Source: the human T2T-CHM13v2.0 reference genome, Homo sapiens. From it: a stretch of 64,000 nt of DNA. Each line of letters begins with the position of its first letter. Within the stretch, counting starts at the first letter, position 1. The notes beneath the pieces are model-generated. The model saw only the letters and a list, made by a program, of their open reading frames with translations, was not told where the DNA came from and did no database searches. A program made the translations under genes and the position numbers. Positions 55,285 to 64,000 of this stretch are shown here, piece by piece. The stretch is taken from NCBI RefSeq assembly GCF_009914755.1, contig NC_060926.1. One strand, written 5' to 3'.

Positions 55285-55867
55285 TGATCATTGCTTATCT
55301 ATTAATGTATAAAAACCACTCCAAAACATGGTGGTTTAAAACGATGCATTACGTTGATTACAATGATTCATTCCTCTCCTGTGTCCTGGGGGTTGATGAA
55401 CTCAGCTGGGTGGTTCTTGCTTATTGGGGTACCTCATGTGGTTGCAGTCAGATAGTTGCTGATGCGGAGACATCTGAAGCTTCTATTCCTTGTATGTCCA
55501 GCTTTGAGGCTGGAACACCTGCAGGCTGTTGGATCTTTCTCTCTCCAATGGTCTCAATGTGTGGCTAGCTTGGTCTTGTGCACAGCATGGGGGTGTCTCA
55601 TGTTGTGAAGAAGTGGAAGTAGTAGTCCGTTTTCTCATATGGCAGCTTGTTTCCCTCCTGAGGAAATGCTATAAGAGACCAAGGTAGGGGCTGCAAGGCT
55701 TTTGTGAGCCTGGCTTTGGAATTCCTGGAGGATCACTTCTGCTTCATTCTGTCCGTTGTGAGTGAGTCATGGGGCCAGTCCAAGTTCAATGGGAGGGGAT
55801 TATCTACAGTCATGAGTAGAGGAATGCGTAGGTCATTGGAGGGCCACTTTGGAGACTGCTGACCACA
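55285..55867 (-). mobile_element. Old MaLR LTR (MLT1G/H-like)
   Basis: aaaccactccaaaacatggtggtttaaaac...ctcagctgggtggttct...ggccactttggagactgctgaccaca. Confidence 0.7.
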
Positions 55868-56116
55868 ATCATCAAGCAGTTGGTTCGTTTGCCTACTCAG
55901 ATCATTTTAATGGGTGAAATGATCGCACTAAATCACAGATGTTTGTATTCAGAAGGATTTGAAGTTTGCAGGAGCAAAGGGAGCAGAGAAAGTTTCTTTG
56001 TTAGGTCTACCTCACAACTGTTTGAATAACCTGCAAGTGTGAGTGTGTGTGTGTGTGCATGTGTGTGTGTCTGTGTCTGTTTGGTGGAATTTTTGATTAC
56101 TCTGACTATAGTTGTA

Positions 56117-56456
56117 CAATTGACCCCTGAACAATGTGGGTTTAGGGAAACTGATCCCCTCACAGTTGAAAGCCCGCATATAACTTTGACTCTCCCTAAA
56201 ATTAACCACCAATAGCTTGTTGACCAGAAGTCTTACTGATAACATAAACAGTCGATTAACATGTAAATAGACTGGTATGTACATTTGTCTTATGCATTCA
56301 TGACATACCTAACCTTTTCTAGGCTCTGTGGTTCATCTTTGAGTTTTTTCAAATTGTTGCAAATCTTTAAAAATTTTTCCAAAATATTTATTTTAAAAAA
56401 ATCTGTAGATAAATTGTCCCACACAGTTCATACTCATGTGGTTCAAGGGTCAACTA
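56117..56456. mobile_element. Tigger2-family non-autonomous DNA transposon
   Basis: Terminal inverted repeats caattgacccctgaacaa ... tggttcaagggtcaacta with TA on both flanks. Confidence 0.85.
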
Positions 56457-57207
56457 TAGTTTGATTCAGAAGGAGAGAAATATTAAGTGCTTCCATTGTT
56501 CCAGGTTTTGTGCTACATACTTGAAGCATTTCATATAATTAGTGGTAGTTTAGTGGTCATGTTCAAATCCTTGGTAGCTTTGAAATTCACGAGGGCAAGT
56601 TACTTAACTTCAGTGGGCCTCTATTTTATCATGTGTAACATGTTCGTGGGGCTTTTGTTCATGGAGAGGAGCACTCAGTTCCTTTTGCACTTTCTCAGTA
56701 TCCAATTTATTAGCATTATGAATGTACTAATCAATGAGTATTTTAAAAAATATAAAAGCTTAACATTCCTCTAACTCTTCATATACTATTTATACAACAA
56801 ATAAATTAAAAGTGATGAATTTAACAAATTACATTTTCCCAAACATGTAAATAATTACCGGTTAAATCTAAGATTTCTAAATATTAATTAAAATTATAAG
56901 TCTAACATCATATTCTTGTAAATGTTTTAAACACTTTAGAAAGCAGACAACACTCATACAATATTAATGTGTTTATAGTACTAATCAAGAATCTTACATG
57001 AAAACCTGGTATAAAAATGGTAATATATCTATTTGTTTCTTCATTATCTCTGTTCTAATTTGGTTTGCTTTTCACCTGGTAGATTGATTTGGTACATTTA
57101 CTCATCTGGAGATTTAGATGACCTTCCCAGACCTATTGATGTCATGGATACAGGTTAACATTTTTGTTCCCCGTCCCTTCCCTCAATCAGAGCTCCTAAA
57201 TCCCTAC

Positions 57208-57548
57208 TGTTATGATCTGAATGTATACCCCCAAAAAACGTGTGTTGGAATTTAATGGTGAATGTTGACAGTAGTAAGAGATGGAGTCTTTGGGAGATGG
57301 TTAAGTCATGAGGGTGAAGCTGTTATTAAAGGGCTCGAGGGAATGAGCCCTTTAATAATACTCTTTTGTCATGTGCGGACACCTAAATGGTGCCATTTAT
57401 TAGAAATAGGTCTTCACCAGACACCAAATTTGCTAGCACCTTGATCTTGGACTTGCCAGCTTCCAGAACCATGAGAAATAAATTTTTAGTGTTTATAAAT
57501 GACCCAATCTGTGGCATTTCGTTATAACAGCACAAATCAACTAAGATA
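57208..57548 (+). mobile_element. MaLR solo LTR (MSTD/MLT1A-like) inserted in an L2
   Basis: caccttgatcttggacttgccagcttccagaaccatgagaaataaattt; perfect TSD cctac. Confidence 0.85.
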
Positions 57549-57899
57549 CCTACCCTTTATTTTTCTTCATATCATTTTTTTCAGCTAATATGTGTATTTC
57601 ATTAATTTTAGTGTCTGTATATCCATGCAAGAATATAAGATCTATGTGGACAGATTTTTTTTGTCTGTTTTGTTCACTGCTGTGTTCTCAATGTCCAGAA
57701 CAGCACCTAGAGCACAGAAGTTGGTCACAATACATATTAAATAAACAGATGATGAACTTTGGACTATGATATAAATTAGCCTATGTGAGTCAGATATTTC
57801 CTCTGTAGAGATTCCCAAGTGAGCAGGCTCTGATCTAAGTCAGGCGTTATCCATTACATGGTAAATTGTTCAAATTATTGCTTTTGCTTGAGGTTGTAA

Positions 57900-58205
57900 T
57901 TTTTGTGTTTTGTTTTTCTTTTTTTGAGACAGAGTCTTGCTCTGTTTCCTAGGCTGGAGTGCAGTGGCGCAATCTCGGCTCACAGCAAACTCTGCCTCCC
58001 AGGTTCAAGCAATACTTCTGCCTCAGCCTCCTGAGTAGCTGGGACTACAGGCATGTGCCACCATGCTCAGCTAATTTTTGTATTTTTAGTAGACACGGGG
58101 TGTCACCATATTGGCCAGGCTGGTCTTGAGCTCCTGACCTCATGATCCGCCCACCTCAGCCTCCCAAAGTGCTGAGATTACAGGCATGAGCCACCTCGCC
58201 CTGCC
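57900..58205 (-). mobile_element. AluSg-like
   Basis: Full reverse Alu; decayed TSD aggttgtaattttt / aggtagtagttttt. Confidence 0.95.
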
Positions 58206-58968
58206 AGGTAGTAGTTTTTATTCCTCTTGATCAAGAACTTCTCCTGGATCACACTGATTTATATCCTTTATTTATAGAAACTAATATAAGTCCATTTTAG
58301 AGCTGCTTGCTTTGAACTGGGGCCTAGACTATGTTAGACACATCTAAAATTTTGAGTCACTTTGGTGCCTTGCATTGACAAATTTCTTATTGGCTATGAA
58401 GACCTGTAGTATTGAAACCTATATTAAAATGTTGAAGAATTAAATGGGGTAATCCACATAAGGTAAATGGAACAGCACCTGACAGATATTAAAATCTCAA
58501 TATTATTATTCTTACCAATATTGCTGTTTTCAACTGTCCTTGCTACAAGGCCATTTGTTTTCTCTATTGGTATTTCTGAGGAATTCCAGTCCAGTCTGAA
58601 TGATAAGATATGTTAAAAGTTATACATTGAAATAGTTACTTGACAGCAAACCTGTCCATTATATATTACACCTATAGAACCAAATGCTATATCTCTCACA
58701 ATGAGCTAATAAGCAAATATAGGAAAATAAATAACTCCTAGAGTAGTAAAGAATTATCTGCTCTCAACTTCCCCTTCCTTTTTACACAGATCCTTGGTCT
58801 ACAGATTGTATGACTACAAATATATACGAAGCTAATATTTGTTGATCACATCTTATGTGCAGTGAATTTTGCTATTTTTTATTTATTACAACCAATAGCC
58901 AACTGAGATATGAGCTTGTTCTTAAAGATAGGCGTTTTTTTGCATGCATTTTATGGATATGGGAACTA

Positions 58969-59293
<325 letters not shown>

Positions 59294-59689
59294 GGTGAAA
59301 AAACCATCTTAAAGTCACACAGCTAAAAAGCATCAGAATAAGAGTTAGAACTTAGAACTCACATAGGACTCATACAAGACCAACTGGATTTTTTCCATTA
59401 GACCTTGTTTCGAGGGAAGGGCAGTGCTTCTGTAGAACATATGTTGCTGTTGTTATGGCTTTGACTGTTCAATTGTTTTTTCAATCCACCCAATATGAGT
59501 TTATCATTTAGCCTCTACTCAATTTTTATTAAGTAAATTTTCCAAATGAAAACTTGAATCCACTATGGCCAGATACCTGTTGCCAAATATATGAATATAA
59601 ATGGCATTTATTTGTTGAATACAATGTAAAATTATTTAAATGTAATAATGGTTTGTTATGCTAACATATAATTATGCTAGTACTTCAAG

Positions 59690-60120
59690 AAGATAAAGTC
59701 CTAGAAATGGAATCACAAGTATACACATTTTAAAATTAAATGGATATTGTAAAATTACCCTCCATAATAACTGTAATAATTTACCCCTCAAAATGCTTTT
59801 GCTTGTATAGATGTTTCCAACTTTTAAGTTTTGAACTGCTATTCTAGACAAGTACTACTTTAATATGTATTAATTTGTTAGCAATATTGTGTCTTTTTGT
59901 TTGCTTATTAGCTATATAATTTCATGTGTTCTATGAACTCTTGTTCATTTTTTTGCTCATTTTAATGTTGAGGGTTTTTTCTTATTCATTTGTAGGAGAT
60001 TTTCTTATACTTGAGATTAACCCTGACCTTTGTATGTGTTACAAATTATTTTTTCACATATTCTATCATTTATCTTTCAACTTTGACTACAAAATCCATT
60101 TTTCTGACAAAATTATTTCT
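59690..60120 (-). mobile_element. Very old L1M fragment
   Basis: cctagaaatggaat...gatattgtaaaattaccctcca...aatttacc, ttcttattcatttgtaggag resemble reverse L1M ORF2/3' sequence. Confidence 0.55.
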
Positions 60121-60150
60121 AAAATTTTAATTATTTACATAAGTATAATT

Positions 60151-60727
60151 ATATAAATTATATCTATTATATTTATATACTTTATATAAATTATATCTAT
60201 TATATTTATATACTTTATATAAATTATATCTATTATATTTATATACTTTATATAAATTATATCTATTATATTTATATACTTTATATAAATTATATCTATT
60301 ATATTTATATACTTTATATAAATTATATCTATTATATTTATATACTTTATATAAATTATATCTATTATATTTATATACTTTATATAAATATATAATTATA
60401 TTTATATACTTTATATAAATATAATTATAAATATATTTATATACTTTATATAAATATAATTATAAATATATTTATATACTTTATATAAATATAATTATAA
60501 ATATATTTATATACTTTATATAAATATAATTATAAATATATTTATATACTTTATATAAATATAATTATAAATATATTTATATACTTTATATAAATATAAT
60601 TATAAATATATTTATATACTTTATATAAATATAATTATAAATATATTTATATACTTTATATAAATATAATTATAAATATATTTATATACTTTATATAAAT
60701 ATAATTATAAATATATTTATATACTTT
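60151..60727. repeat. AT-rich minisatellite: 7 x 33 bp, one 31-bp hybrid, 9 x 35 bp; degenerate AT-rich tail to ~61050
   Basis: Units atataaattatatctattatatttatatacttt (60151-60381) and atataaatataattataaatatatttatatacttt (60413-60727), counted by hand. Confidence 0.97.
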
Positions 60728-61408
60728 ATAATTATATGTTATATTTATAATTATATTTATATAATTCATAATTATATACATTATGTTTATAGTTATATAA
60801 TTTATAATTATATACATTATATTTATATTTATATAATTTATAATTATATAAATTATATAAATTATATAAATTATCTTTAATTTATATTATATAATCTTTA
60901 TATTTATATAATTTATAATTATATAAATTATATACATTACTTATGTAAATATAACATAATTTGTTATATTTATATTTATGTTGCTATATTTATGTAATTT
61001 ATATAATTATAAATTTACTTATGAAAATAATTATAACAATATAATTTGTTATGAATGCTGGTCTGATAACAGTATTAAATAAACATCTGTTTAATGAATG
61101 AGCCAATATTCACAGAACTATCTTCAGGGAAAAAATACCTAATTCAGTATATGAGAGAGCTAACCATGGAAGACATAACAATATAATTTTTAATTGGCCA
61201 AGAGTATAAAAATATACCTTAAACAACATAATTTTTGGAGAAATGGGCTGCAAATTAGAATGAAGATGGAAATATTTTAGACTGTCATAGCAAAATATGC
61301 TCAGGTTCACGAGTTGATACATATAAGGAGAAAAAATAGAGTACTAAGGAAAATTATCCCTTAGTAGCTCAAAAAAAAAAAAAACCCATTTCAGGAAAGG
61401 ACTCTTGG

Positions 61409-61684
61409 GGCTAGACACAGTGGCTCATGCCTGTAATTCCAGCACTTTGGGAGGCTGAGGCAGGCGAATCACCTCAGGTCAGGAGTTGAAGACAAGCTTG
61501 GCCAACATAGTGAAACCCAACCTCTACGAAAAATACAAAAAATTAGCTGGGTGTGGTGGCACGTGCTGGTAGTCCCAGCTACTCAGGAGGCCGAGGCACG
61601 AGAATTGCTTGAACCCAGGAGGTGGAGGTTGCTGTGAGCTGAGATCACACTACTGCACTCCAGCCTGGGTGGCAGAGTGAGAGA
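61409..61684 (+). mobile_element. AluSx-like with tail replaced by a purine tract
   Basis: Alu body up to cagagtgaga; decayed TSD aggaaaggactctt / aagaaagaactctt. Confidence 0.93.
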
Positions 61685-61795
61685 AAGAAAGGAAGGAAAG
61701 AAAGGAAAGAGAGAAAAAGAAAGAGAAAGAAAGAAAAGAAAGAAAGAAAAGGAAAGGAAGGTAAGGAAGAAGGAGAAGAGGAAGGAAAGAAAGAA
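61680..61795 (+). repeat. (GAAA/GGAA)-type polypurine tract
   Basis: About 115 nt of A/G with a single T. Confidence 0.95.
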
Positions 61796-62319
61796 CTCTT
61801 TTCTGTTACCAAAAACCCACAGGACAATCGCTGTTGACATGCGCATGTATCCCTTGCCTTTCATTTGTCACCATTGGCCTGCAAGGGTATTTACTAAGCA
61901 GTTTGACTGAGATAGCAGCAGTGGGGCAATGAAAAATGTTTTGTCTCTACTACTTATTATCTGTGTAGACTTGAGTGGTTTACTTCATTCCTCAGTCTCA
62001 GTTTCCCCCTCTGTCAAATGGGAATGAGAATTTCGATGGGATGTCTCATGGGATGGTTGTGAAGATTAATGTGAGCCAGGATATGTGACACCATTTTAAA
62101 ATCCATACATTCCTATAAATCATAAGTTGTTTGTGATGACAATCCATTCATAACATCATTTTCAAATAATGGACAAATTAATCGATTCAGTTATCTTTTA
62201 CTGAGATGAAGCATGGGAAGAAAATACATGGGTTCTGCTTTAATAGGCCTTAAAAATCTAATAATTACAATTAGCGTTTATATAGCATCATAGAATTCAC
62301 AAAGTGCTTTCATCCTCTG

Positions 62320-62900
62320 TATCATTCATTCATTCGTTCAACCATGGAACTACAATGGTGTTAAATTAGAGCCCCTGACCTTGTGGTTAGGGAAAAACCA
62401 ATACATAGGAGAGTAAATAAAATACTTAAAAGTTATAATACTTCTGATGAAGGAATTAAGCATAGGGTAGAATGGTAAACCATAGGTATGAGTGCAGAGG
62501 GTGAATTTTAGGAGAATGATTGGAGAGTGTCTGAGGCAGTCATAGTCAAGTGGAGACCTAAAAAGATCAAGAGGGCTTGGCTATGTACAGAATTGGGAAG
62601 AGTGTTCCAAGCAGAAGAATCAAGTGGCTAAGTGGTCCTGCAGCAGAACAGAGTAGAAAGCACTAGGCTCAAACCCAGGGAGGAGACACAGAACCGGGCT
62701 GGTTGACAGAGGGCTGGCGAGGCCACATTAAGGAGTCTGGATTTTATTCTAAGTACAATGCCAACCCGCTGGAGGCTTGTAAACCAGGTAATTTCTAAAT
62801 GATGAGAAGATCACTTTACTGCTTTGAGGAGAATGGATTGAAAGGGATAAGAATGGAAATGAGGAAACCACTAAAGAGGCTGTTGCATTAATCAGGAGAG
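62320..62900 (-). mobile_element. L2 fragment
   Basis: cattcattcattc start; tgttccaagcagaagaa...; aaggagtctggattttattctaagtacaatg; ggagaatggattg. Confidence 0.7.
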
Positions 62901-63180
62901 AGAAAGAGAATCTTTATTTAATTATGACCAGTGGAATTTGTTAGATATGAGAGCAGACACATAAACTCTACTGACCTAACTCCATCTCATCCCTGGGGTG
63001 TCAGGGGTTCAGAGGAGGAGATATTATTTCATCTAGTTCCAGGATGGCAGTACTCTTTTTTGTCAGCAGTTTTGAGAGTTGAATTAAAATGATCATGGGA
63101 ATTAAGCAGTTGTTTTACATATTTACTTTAACCGATCTGTCACGGATTTATCCATGTCAAACATCTACAGTTTAGGATTC

Positions 63181-63346
63181 TGATATGGCTTGGCTCTGTG
63201 TCCCCACCCAAATCTCAAGTTGAATTGTAATCCCCATTTGTTGAAGGAGGGGCCAGGTGGGAGGTGATTGGATCATGGGGGTGGATTTCCCCCATGCTTT
63301 TCTCACGAGATCTGATGGTTTAAAAGTGTGGCACGTCCCCCCTTGT

Positions 63347-63385
<39 letters not shown>

Positions 63386-63564
63386 CTCTCTCTCTCCTGC
63401 CACCATGTAAGACATGTTTGTTTCCCCTTCACCTTCTGCCATGATTGTAAGTTTCCTGAGGACTCCCCAACCTTGCAGAACTGTGAGTCAATTAAACCTT
63501 CTTTGTTTATAAATTACCCAGTCTCAGGTAGGTCTTTATAGCAGTGTGAGAACGTACTAATACA
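63181..63564 (+). mobile_element. MaLR solo LTR (MSTA-like) with internal (TC)n
   Basis: tgatatggcttggctctgtgtccccacccaaatctc...gagaacgtactaataca; TSD gattc/gactc. Confidence 0.92.
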
Positions 63565-63569
63565 GACTC

Positions 63570-63858
63570 CGTGTTAGTTTGCTATGGCTACCAAAACAAA
63601 GTACCACATACTGGGTGGCTTAAACAACAATAATTTATTTTCTCACAATTCTGGAGGCTGGAAGTCTAAGATCAAGGTGTCATTAGGGTTTTTTCTGAAA
63701 CTCCTTCTCTGGCTTGTAGACACCATCTTCTTCTCCTTGTGTTCTCACACGATCTTCTTTCCATGTGTGTCTGCTCTAATCTCTTCTTAAAAGGATATCC
63801 ATCATATTGGACCAATGCCCCTCTTAACCACCTCATTTTAGCTTACCTTAACAACCTC
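63570..63858 (-). mobile_element. MaLR LTR (MLT1A/B/C-like), interrupted by an Alu
   Basis: aaagtaccacatactgggtggcttaaacaac...tctcacaattctggaggctggaagtctaagatcaaggtg. Confidence 0.85.
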
Positions 63859-63867
63859 TCTCTCTCT

Positions 63868-64000
<133 letters not shown>

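Noticed and set aside
60151-60727. CRISPR-like array (33-35 bp periodicity)
   Set aside because: Units are head-to-tail with no unique spacers, there are no cas genes, and the context is primate DNA.

Overview
This is primate (human-like, catarrhine: AluY, THE1 and L1PA are present) non-coding genomic DNA, intergenic or deep-intronic. It is AT-rich, has no CpG island, and shows no recognisable protein-coding exon or RNA gene. A large share is transposon fossil: 17 Alu/FLAM copies, L1 fragments, MIR/L2 remnants, MaLR and ERV solo LTRs (MER52-, MER31-, MER57-, THE1-, MST-, MLT1-like) and hAT/mariner DNA transposons (Tigger, MER30, Charlie1, MADE1). The listed ORFs are explained by repeats or chance; the only protein-like one is a truncated L1 ORF2 C-terminus. 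I found no evidence for a new multi-gene system. The most unusual feature is a ~300-bp insertion inside the MER52-like LTR (20159-20459). It joins a direct copy of sequence 1.6 kb downstream to an inverted copy of sequence 1.2 kb upstream, with microhomology at the junctions, which looks like a fossil multi-template-switch event. Also notable: candidate non-coding exons with strong splice signals (one on the minus strand behind a T41 tract, a chain of three on the plus strand) and a two-block, ~95% AT 33/35-bp minisatellite. Repeat subfamily names come from remembered consensus sequences and need RepeatMasker/Dfam confirmation.
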